DNA of 22,963 nucleotides from a virus (Duplodnaviria; Heunggongvirae; Uroviricota; Caudoviricetes): IMG/VR virus record IMGVR_UViG_2802429249_000003, positions 1 to 22,963 of that record; one strand, 5' to 3'. Shown piece by piece: positions 15,134 to 22,963 of this stretch (position 1 is its first letter; each line of letters starts with the position of its first letter). The notes under the pieces were generated by a model. It saw only the letters and a program-made list of their open reading frames with translations, ran no database searches and was not told where the DNA came from. The position numbers and the translations under genes were made by a program.

Positions 15134-17932
15134 ATGCAGGGAAGCGAAAACAAACAAAATCTGGACGTACTGGATCCTGTGCAGTTGGTACGTATCGAAG
15201 CGGTACACCGGGGATTCCTTTACCAGCACCTTTACGCCGTAGGCTGCTTACTTTTGGCGCAGGGGGCTGCTATGGACTCAGTCACTGTCGAGCTTGATGA
15301 GGATATTGAGCTGAACTCCAAACAGGAGCGTATCTACGTTCAGGTTAAAACCCGCTCAAAACCTATCATACCCAGTGATGTGTCAGGGGCTCTGGAGCGA
15401 TTTGCAAAGCTAAGAAATGAGCACACTGCGGCAAACCGCGAAGGGGTGGCTTCTTTTGTGATAATCGCAAACCAGGCGCCCGGTCCGCTGCTTCAGAAGA
15501 TGATTGAGGATAAAAAGCTTCCTCCTGATGTTCTTATTGTCTGGCCCCAGTCGACTGCTGGACGCCACCCGGCACTTCCGCCCGCATGGGGTACTCTGGC
15601 TGATGCGGCCACATGGTGTATCGCAGAAGCAGAAAAGCTGAATTTCTCACTATTGTCCCCAGAATCCCTGATTTGGAAGCTAGCCGGGCTGGTTCAGCTT
15701 GCCGCCACCGGAGGCGATACCAATGGACAGCATGCGTTTTTCACGAAAGGACTTCCTGCACTGTTTGAACAGTTGATCGTTCAGCTACAGGACTTTCCTG
15801 CACCTCCCGCGCTGTACCGCCCACAAAAAGAAGAACCTTCTCTCGCATCTGGCGAGCGGATCCGCATCCTTTGTGGGCTCTCAGGTGCAGGCAAGACATC
15901 TTGGGCCGCACAGGCCGCATTGCACTCCACTGAACTTTGCGCTTATTACGACACCGGTGACCTTCCTGGCCCTGCTCTGGCCAGTACGCTGGTGCGCGAG
16001 ATGGCTGCCAGATTTACAGCCCGTGACCAAGACGGTTTGCGCAGGATTTTGCTCCCCGGTGCCAGTGGTTTCGAGGCTCTTAGGACTTTTGATACCTACC
16101 TGAAAGAGCAAGGTGCCACCCTGCTGCTGGTTCTGGATAACGCCCATCGTGTGCCTGCGGAAAATCTGCGGGATGTTCTGAATGCAACTACACACATTCG
16201 CTTTGTGCTGCTGTGCCAGCCCCACGAAAACGTTCGCGAACTGGAGGCCATGATGGGACTACAGCGCGAGGGCCTGCAGGGATGGGATCTCGATACGGTG
16301 GCAGTTGTTGTAAACGACATCGGAGGATTTGCCACTGCTAAGGGGTACGAGCAGCTACGGACTTACACTGGTGGCCTTCCTCTGTATGTTGAGAGCGCCG
16401 CAAAAATCGCCGTTTCTGATTATGAGCGTAGTGTCGATTCCCTGTGCGCTGAACTCCAGCAACAAACCCATACTGCGGAAACCGCCCAGGAAATTATTCT
16501 GTCACGTGTATTTCAGGGATTTGAATCACTACTTCAGAGCGCGTTGGCATTGTTCAGTCTCTCTGACGTAGGGCTGAACCGTGAAGAGATTTCCACGCTC
16601 CTGATCAATTCGCTGAACATTTCACCAGGCAGTGCGGCTTCTTTAATTAAGAAAATGCGCGCCACTGGCACCATTGAAATTTATGGAGACCAGACCCTGA
16701 AGGTACATGATGCTGTCAGGGCGCTAGGACTGCAACATCTGGAACTGATGGATCAGGGTATCTCGAACAAAGCGCTACTAGCGTTGAAAGACCTTTTAGT
16801 CGAAAGTCTTCATAAAACCCGCAATACAACACGACTATCGTTGTTGACTCAACTTTATATTAAGCTCAATGATGTCATGACGCTGATCGCACTCTCAGGC
16901 GAAGAAATGTTTTATGAGATGGGCGTTACGGTCGACATTCTTGCAAGCCTGGAGCGTGCCGCAACATCGGACTCATTGGAACCTGTTCATAAATTCTGGG
17001 CATTGGATGGCCTTGTTTTCGCTGAACTTAAAGACGGGATATCTGACCAGATTGCTCAGAGGTTAAACACCATGGGGGCTTTACTTTCTGAGCACACGTT
17101 CGGCTATCAAGAAGAGATGGCCTATGCAATGAAACGAATGTTATTTTCGGCAGAAAGCAATGATGCGCGAGAAGTTCAAAGACTGGCACAGGAAGCCCGC
17201 CCCAAACTCCCAGATGAAGAACACGAACGCATCTTTGACTACAACCATGCCATTGCACTCTGGAGACTAAAAAAGCTCAAGGATGCCGAAACATTAAGCT
17301 GTAATGTTATACAAGGGTACTATTCTTTATTTGGTATCACCCCTGCTGATGTCATAGGAAAAAATGCCGACGCATTGTGGAAAATTATTAATCATTCCGA
17401 AAACATGCAGGAACACTTTAAGCATATGGCTGATGCGCTGGAGTTACTGGCCAGAATTCGTGATGCGCGGGGAAAACTGTCACCACTACTGCGTATTCAT
17501 TCGATGAAGTTCTACAATCTGGCCATGGCCCCGGAGTCCATGGTCAGGGTGGGCCAGGATCTGGCGGATGAGTTTGTCGCGATAAAGGATTACGACGGCG
17601 CCAGAGAAGTCATGGAGCAACATGTCCTGCCGGTTGCCAATGAGGCAGGTCTAGTACATCGACTGATTCAGGTCCGAAGCCAGTACGCAGTCATACTGGC
17701 ACTATCGGGTCAGCACAAAGCAGCTGATGCCGAAATGCAGCGCCTTGCCCCCTATATTGAAGGCCTCACAGGTGTGCAGCTTCAAGAAATCCAAAATCAA
17801 TCAAATTACATCGCACAGCTTGCCCATAAAGCAACAAAGACTAGATTAACCGAGTTTTTTGGTGCTGTCGGCCGGAATGAACAATGCCCCTGTGGTTCGG
17901 GAAGAAAGTACAAAAAATGTCACGGTGCCTGA
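15134..17932 (+). CDS. STAND-like P-loop NTPase, 932 aa, with N-terminal Mrr/PD-(D/E)xK-like nuclease-type domain, C-terminal helical repeat region and terminal SEC-C zinc-binding motif; candidate antiviral (Avs-like) protein
   Basis: Walker A ILCGLSGAGKTS (aa 245-256) and Walker B LLLVLDNAH (aa 330-338). N-terminal VELDEDIEL...YVQVKT resembles a D...(D/E)...QxK nuclease core. Long helical C-terminal region ends in CPCGSGRKYKKCHGA (SecA-type SEC-C motif). Confidence 0.75.
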   Translation: MQGSENKQNLDVLDPVQLVRIEAVHRGFLYQHLYAVGCLLLAQGAAMDSVTVELDEDIELNSKQERIYVQVKTRSKPIIPSDVSGALERFAKLRNEHTAANREGVASFVIIANQAPGPLLQKMIEDKKLPPDVLIVWPQSTAGRHPALPPAWGTLADAATWCIAEAEKLNFSLLSPESLIWKLAGLVQLAATGGDTNGQHAFFTKGLPALFEQLIVQLQDFPAPPALYRPQKEEPSLASGERIRILCGLSGAGKTSWAAQAALHSTELCAYYDTGDLPGPALASTLVREMAARFTARDQDGLRRILLPGASGFEALRTFDTYLKEQGATLLLVLDNAHRVPAENLRDVLNATTHIRFVLLCQPHENVRELEAMMGLQREGLQGWDLDTVAVVVNDIGGFATAKGYEQLRTYTGGLPLYVESAAKIAVSDYERSVDSLCAELQQQTHTAETAQEIILSRVFQGFESLLQSALALFSLSDVGLNREEISTLLINSLNISPGSAASLIKKMRATGTIEIYGDQTLKVHDAVRALGLQHLELMDQGISNKALLALKDLLVESLHKTRNTTRLSLLTQLYIKLNDVMTLIALSGEEMFYEMGVTVDILASLERAATSDSLEPVHKFWALDGLVFAELKDGISDQIAQRLNTMGALLSEHTFGYQEEMAYAMKRMLFSAESNDAREVQRLAQEARPKLPDEEHERIFDYNHAIALWRLKKLKDAETLSCNVIQGYYSLFGITPADVIGKNADALWKIINHSENMQEHFKHMADALELLARIRDARGKLSPLLRIHSMKFYNLAMAPESMVRVGQDLADEFVAIKDYDGAREVMEQHVLPVANEAGLVHRLIQVRSQYAVILALSGQHKAADAEMQRLAPYIEGLTGVQLQEIQNQSNYIAQLAHKATKTRLTEFFGAVGRNEQCPCGSGRKYKKCHGA

Positions 17933-18379
17933 GTCTTGGTACGACCATGCAAGCCTGACACATTCAGCCCGCATACGGCTTTCTAGCTAACAGCCAGAAT
18001 TTGAGTGCTTCTATAATCACAGAAGAGATATCGAGATGACTTCTGCATCGTGTAATCGAGCGTTTTTTATCGGGATCGGCATTGACTCTCTTAAAGCAAA
18101 TCGCCGTGCATGGGCAGCATTTATGTTCTGCGAAAGTCAGGCTCATTCACAGATTGAGAGTAAAATACGTGAACGTGTTTTAAAACAAGCCATCGTCGCC
18201 CTTTTTTCGCTCTCAGCAAACCTTTATTCAGCCAGTTCGTCCACCACGTGCCAATCACGGACATTGTTAATTTACCATTACACAGATCACCCGATGGGGA
18301 TTAGACTAGTAAAGAGCATCACAATAATGCTTTACTAATGTTACCGCATGTTGCGGGTGTCATGTATTAGTGAGGGAAT

Positions 18380-19270
18380 ATGTCAGGAATTGAAGTGGAA
18401 ATCGCACCACCTGCAAATTGGCAGGATTTTGAACGGCTCACTCTTGATTATGCGAAAAAGCAATGGAAAGACGAATATGCACAAAGGCATGGGCGTCAAG
18501 GCCAAGCCCAGTCTGGAGTTGATATCTATGGCACCCATAGCATCTCGCATGAATTAATAGGCATTCAGTGTAAGAAAAAAAAACACTTCGAAGTTCCGTC
18601 TAAACAACTAACTATTGCAGAAATTGATGTAGAAATAGACGCAGCAAAAACATTCTCTCCAAGATTAGATCATTTCATCATAGCGACAACCGGACCCAGG
18701 GATGCAGATTTACAGGGACATATTCGTATGCAAAACCAGGCAGGTCTGCCTTTTAAGGTATCTCTATTGTTTTGGGAGGACTACCAGGAGTTTCTTAACG
18801 AGCATGTAGGGTTAATGTATAAATATTATAAGGAGGTTTTAGAGTATCGCAGCAAATACAGTGAACTAGATCATTATCTGCTTCTACTCAGCCAAGCTTT
18901 CGATAGACCTGCGATAAAAACCTCTTTTTATTGTGAAAACCAAGCCAACGACTTTATCAAAGCTATGGCTGACACACAGAATGCCATAGCTACTGGTCGT
19001 TTAGTGGACCGAGCTGGACGTATTATCGATGAATGTAAAGTCCCTAGATCTAAAATCAAAAACCTAACAATAGCAAGTCAGTATCTACAAAAGGCTCGAG
19101 AAATTGCAACAAAGGGTATGGCTGAAGGAGTAATCATTCAGCATCAAAATGTAATAGAAATCAAGTCACATGAAGTGACCGACGAACTTAATCAACTAAG
19201 GCGACAGGCTGTCGAACTTCTTAATAATGAACTTATTAAACGCGACTTGGAAATAGTTCATTTTTGTTAA
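18380..19270 (+). CDS. Mrr-like restriction endonuclease catalytic-domain protein with C-terminal helical extension, 296 aa
   Basis: N-terminal WQDFERL...SGVDIYG...IGIQCKKKK...FIIATTG matches the Mrr_cat pattern (FE, D-G-G-I-D-like, QCK). GAGGG lies upstream of the ATG. Confidence 0.7.
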   Translation: MSGIEVEIAPPANWQDFERLTLDYAKKQWKDEYAQRHGRQGQAQSGVDIYGTHSISHELIGIQCKKKKHFEVPSKQLTIAEIDVEIDAAKTFSPRLDHFIIATTGPRDADLQGHIRMQNQAGLPFKVSLLFWEDYQEFLNEHVGLMYKYYKEVLEYRSKYSELDHYLLLLSQAFDRPAIKTSFYCENQANDFIKAMADTQNAIATGRLVDRAGRIIDECKVPRSKIKNLTIASQYLQKAREIATKGMAEGVIIQHQNVIEIKSHEVTDELNQLRRQAVELLNNELIKRDLEIVHFC

Positions 19271-19906
19271 CGTTTAATAGCATAATTGAAAGTCCAAAGT
19301 TGAATTTGACAATATCTTACCATTGATGATTAGATGTTAATTCCAGCCCTCACTATTGAGGGCTGATATACTCAAAATCACTAATATCTCAGGTGATTTG
19401 TGACATGTTCTACGCGGATTAACACAAGGCAATGTTAGTTATGCACCCTCGGCGGATGAAAAATTTCGTACTTCCGCTCCTCGCTCTTAGCAGACTACAT
19501 GATTCTTCAAGCGGTCCGCGTCGTGCCAGATATAGTCATTCACACCCTGAGAATTACATTTTTAAGTGATTCAGGGTATGCGCTTATTGGTTACGAATAT
19601 TATGCTAGAATCATGTGTTATGATGATTGCCGCTTTTCAACAACCCCATCTTCGAGTTGCGAATAATATAGTGATGTCACAGATTAAGGTGAATGTCAGT
19701 TAAAATACATTATGCCCAAAAGGCAGAGACTGGAACTAGGTACACGATGATTAACGCACGGAACATTTTTTAATGCACGCGAATGCGATAAAAATTGTGA
19801 GCTTCTGCTCTTCGATGACTTTACAGGCATACAATTTTGTTAATTAGTAACATAAGCGAAGATTACTAAAATTACTGCATGCTAATCAATAAAGAACAAC
19901 TCAGTA

Positions 19907-19940
19907 CTAACACATGACCGCATTAGCGGACATGTGTTAG
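19907..19940 (-). terminator. Long palindrome (CTAACACATG a CCGC atta GCGG a CATGTGTTAG), candidate terminator of the 20018..20947 gene
   Basis: 10-bp perfect inverted repeat with a nested 4-bp palindrome. Lies about 78 nt downstream of the minus-strand stop and is followed on the minus strand by a U-rich stretch. Confidence 0.35.
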
Positions 19941-20017
19941 AAAAGAATACAACAGATAATTAGATTTTGAATAACTTCAGATCAACATCTAAATGTTAAA
20001 GTAGCATAATAAATATA

Positions 20018-20947
20018 TCACCTGTTTTTTGGTTCTAAACTTAAACGTTCATTTGACCATATTTCATTATTCAATTTTATCTTAATACCATCTGGAAAAC
20101 ACTTAAATTCATACTTGTCAAATTCTGGCTGTTCAATGTTAGAACGGAAATTGTAAAATGTTTTATTTTTGAGTGCTAAAGATAAGCTTTCAGAGAAATC
20201 AATTTCAATGCCGATTGACTTCAAAAAACCGGTGCTCACATCGTCTAAATCATCAAATAAGCTGTAATACCCTTTAAGATAATGATTTAAATCCGTTTCA
20301 ACTTCAAGTGAGTTAATAGAAATATCTTCGGGATCTTGAATGTAAACCCTTAAGTATTCATCAAAGTAACTTTGACATGCAACTCTTAAAACGGGCTCCT
20401 TCCCACTAATTTTACTTATTACTTTTGTTTGATTTTTTGCTGTTATTTGTGCTGCGTCATCATATTTATTTGATCTTCCTTTTGCTTCAAAAACAACAAA
20501 TTCATGCCTTTTATTTAGACCAATTAAATCTGGTCGAGAACGTGTTGTTTTTCTTGTGGCAATATTTTTATTTACATATGCGACATGCTGTAACCAATGA
20601 ACTCCTAATAATTTACATGCTAATAGTTTAGACATCGTCATCCCTAAAGAAAATGAAACAAATACTTTTTCTGTTGGATCCATTTCTTTGTAAACATTAG
20701 TTTTTTGAAGAGAGTTTGATTCTAATTTCAATGATGTCCAAATTAACATTGCACGATTAATGATTTCATAAGCTGAATATATACCGTGCTTAGTTATGTG
20801 CCGAGTATTTCGTTTGCCAACGGTTATTGCAGCCCAAATAATTTCATGCCAGTCAGTAAACAGGGTATGACTGCCACTTAGTTGCTTTCCATATATTTTC
20901 TTCGGGAAATCATCAGCCATATAATGAATTTCAATCGTTTCCTTCAA
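20018..20947 (-). CDS. Hypothetical protein with PD-(D/E)xK-like nuclease motif, 309 aa, in an AT-rich islet
   Basis: Motif ...RPDLIGLNKRHEFVVFEAKGR... (D then E-A-K). TTG start at 20947 preceded by AGGAGAGG at 5-nt spacing. Strongly AT-rich codon usage relative to flanking genes. Confidence 0.6.
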   Translation of the reverse strand: MKETIEIHYMADDFPKKIYGKQLSGSHTLFTDWHEIIWAAITVGKRNTRHITKHGIYSAYEIINRAMLIWTSLKLESNSLQKTNVYKEMDPTEKVFVSFSLGMTMSKLLACKLLGVHWLQHVAYVNKNIATRKTTRSRPDLIGLNKRHEFVVFEAKGRSNKYDDAAQITAKNQTKVISKISGKEPVLRVACQSYFDEYLRVYIQDPEDISINSLEVETDLNHYLKGYYSLFDDLDDVSTGFLKSIGIEIDFSESLSLALKNKTFYNFRSNIEQPEFDKYEFKCFPDGIKIKLNNEIWSNERLSLEPKNR

Positions 20948-21335
20948 AACATCCTCTCCTAATTAAGCTTAGCTTTACGATTAGAATAGCATCACTTAGA
21001 TTTTAATTTATGCAGTTTTGCCTTCATACGCTAAAAGTGCCGTTATTGGTTTACTACTACTGATTGGAGTTGTAGAACCACCAACATTAAGAACCATGTT
21101 AACTGTAAGAATGATGCTAAAGCTAAACAGCCATCACGAATACATATCCTCATAACTAATTGATAATCATGTTAGTTTTAACCAAATTCTATAAATAGAC
21201 AATGTCTTTGGCAAAAATCAGACTTTCTACGAGAGTCGAGACAGACAAAACTTCCGCTTTTCGCTCATAGTGGCCGATCAGGTCAGGTTTTGTGTGATGC
21301 CTGCGTCAGGTCAAATTTGATTTAAAAGCAGAGTA

Positions 21336-21358
21336 AAAGGGGCAATGAGCCCCTTTTG
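21336..21358. terminator. Perfect hairpin AAAAGGGGC-aatga-GCCCCTTTT (bidirectional terminator-like)
   Basis: 9-bp perfect stem with A and T tracts on both sides, 12 nt downstream of the stop of the minus-strand gene 21370..22050. Confidence 0.6.
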
Positions 21359-21369
21359 TTATCAAAGAA

Positions 21370-22050
21370 TTAAGCTATGAGCTGACTTGTACCGAAGTTA
21401 CGATAACTGTCATTGACATCTTTGCTGTACGTTTTTGCCAGGTAAGCAACCCGTAGCAAGAACTCACAATAATCAGGGCTTAACGTTAACGCATCATACC
21501 GGGTGAACCAAGCGCTGTGATTCTTGGGGAATTGAACTCGACTTGCATAGTAAGGATAATCAAGCCCAATCGCACTGCACCAGGCTTTCTGTATCCGGGT
21601 CCCCATATTATCAGCGTCAGGGTTAGTATAATCTCCCAGATAACCGTAAAAGTCTTTGTTGAACAGTAGAACCAGATGGTAGTGATGATGCTCACTGGTA
21701 TTACGTTCTCTGGTCCAGATATAGCCAAGTGGTGCAGGCTTACCAGCCCGACTTGAGCGTTTATGTTCTTCCCGTAGCTGGCTTTTCAGTGATTCTATAG
21801 CCCGAGTGATGGCTTTCTCATCATCTTTCTGAAAGCAGGTCGGCATATCTGGCTCATTTGGCACATGGGACTGCGCAAATCGAAAATCAGCCCGTAACGT
21901 GAATATCCGTTCATGTTTCTCTGAATAGTTAGATGTCACTTCGAGTGATCTACGGAGCATATAACCTGATATCGGGGAGTCATATTTATCCTTTGCTGTC
22001 TGTTGGAGGAAATCAAACTCTTTTTCAGTAAAATTATACGGTAATTTCAT
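21370..22050 (-). CDS. Hypothetical island protein, possibly YagK/YfjJ (inovirus Gp2-like) family, 226 aa
   Basis: Long ORF with protein-like composition. Family assignment is a recollection of the CP4-type island gene set, not a verified match. Confidence 0.55.
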   Translation of the reverse strand: MKLPYNFTEKEFDFLQQTAKDKYDSPISGYMLRRSLEVTSNYSEKHERIFTLRADFRFAQSHVPNEPDMPTCFQKDDEKAITRAIESLKSQLREEHKRSSRAGKPAPLGYIWTRERNTSEHHHYHLVLLFNKDFYGYLGDYTNPDADNMGTRIQKAWCSAIGLDYPYYASRVQFPKNHSAWFTRYDALTLSPDYCEFLLRVAYLAKTYSKDVNDSYRNFGTSQLIA

Positions 22051-22344
22051 AATATGTATTCACTGGGTAATGGGTAGCCGATAGCTACCCAGATTATTGT
22101 GGGGATGATTTAATAGTGGTTATAGGGGCCCTATTGCAGTAGCTTAACCTTGGCTACTAGTGTTTATGGGTTTGTTTTACATGTATATTTATAACTGGTA
22201 CATGCACTGCAACAGATCGACATATATTACATATACCGACGAATAAAAGCTGAGAATAGCTTTACTCGAAGCAGTTCAAACCACAGCCAGCCAGGGAATC
22301 ACACCAATGCAACTCATTGATAAAGCATAAAAATTACTCTGAAG

Positions 22345-22866
22345 TTATTCTTCCAGTGGTATACTGCTAAATACACTACCCCCACCCTGATATACTGGTC
22401 TGCCTGACATCATATTGTGTTTTGCATCCAGCACTGAAGGCACCATTTCGAAAGCAAGATATTTGACGTAATGCGTCCCTCTTTCATCCTCCCATAACTG
22501 GATTTTCCCTTCGTCAGAAAGCTGTTCCAATACAGGTACTAGACGCGCTTCTTTTCTGAGGGAACTGGGACCATTCTGCATAATTCCACGCCGGTTAAAA
22601 TCATAGGATCCATTTCTGACAAGATGACTTTCAAACCAATTAAGTAGCATTTCAGTATCGGAAGGCCCCATTACGGCATCCATTTTTACTATAAAATGAT
22701 TAAGGTACCATTCCGATATTAACAGTGCAGACTCCAGTGTTTCTAACGTAATTATGGATGAGTTAGGAGTAATATATACCTGCATCACAGCAGCAATCCT
22801 GGCCGTATGTTCAGTGTACCGTGCTGCCCAGTCGTTATAATGGTACAGTTTTTTTCCAGGCTCCAT
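22345..22866 (-). CDS. Hypothetical protein, 173 aa
   Basis: ORF with a weak RBS. Frame is open upstream to a stop at 22951-22953 but contains no alternative start. No recognisable domain. Confidence 0.45.
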   Translation of the reverse strand: MEPGKKLYHYNDWAARYTEHTARIAAVMQVYITPNSSIITLETLESALLISEWYLNHFIVKMDAVMGPSDTEMLLNWFESHLVRNGSYDFNRRGIMQNGPSSLRKEARLVPVLEQLSDEGKIQLWEDERGTHYVKYLAFEMVPSVLDAKHNMMSGRPVYQGGGSVFSSIPLEE

Positions 22867-22963
22867 TAGATATTTTATCTTCTTATCAATATCATATAGA
22901 CGTTTCTTTGTAGTGGCATAGTGAATTTGGCCACCTGAATAGAGGTGATATCATCACCTCATA

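Noticed and set aside
15873..17258. Short ORFs on both strands within the 932-aa gene
   Set aside because: Alternative-frame or antisense ORFs inside a gene with NTPase motifs in the main frame.
18036..18338. Plus-strand 100-aa ORF in the gap between the STAND gene and the Mrr-like gene
   Set aside because: No convincing RBS and Ser/Ala-rich low-complexity translation. It could still be a small real gene, but the evidence is too weak to annotate.
21486..21728. Minus-strand 80-aa ORF nested in the YfjJ-like gene
   Set aside because: Alternative frame of the longer, better-supported ORF.

Overview
Enterobacterial (E. coli-like) accessory region read from sequence alone; no database search was possible and all domain calls rest on motif recognition. 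Bases 1-13.3 kb hold the early half of a lambdoid prophage in reversed orientation: a 7-bp tandem repeat at the window edge, a Hok/Gef-type toxin, Q antiterminator, DnaB helicase, DnaC-like loader, an iteron-containing replication initiator, a Rha-family regulator, a cro/cI switch with a shared operator half-site, an early-left operon with an SPFH lipoprotein, then xis and int. At 13393-13419 sits a 27-nt copy of the 3' end of tmRNA (ssrA) with its terminator, marking an att core. From 13.6 kb a second, P4/CP4-57-type integrase island carries defence-like cargo. The strongest candidate for an undescribed system is the 932-aa STAND-like NTPase (15134-17932) with a nuclease-like N-terminus and a C-terminal SEC-C zinc motif, followed by an Mrr-like nuclease-domain protein and an AT-rich islet with a PD-(D/E)xK-like gene.
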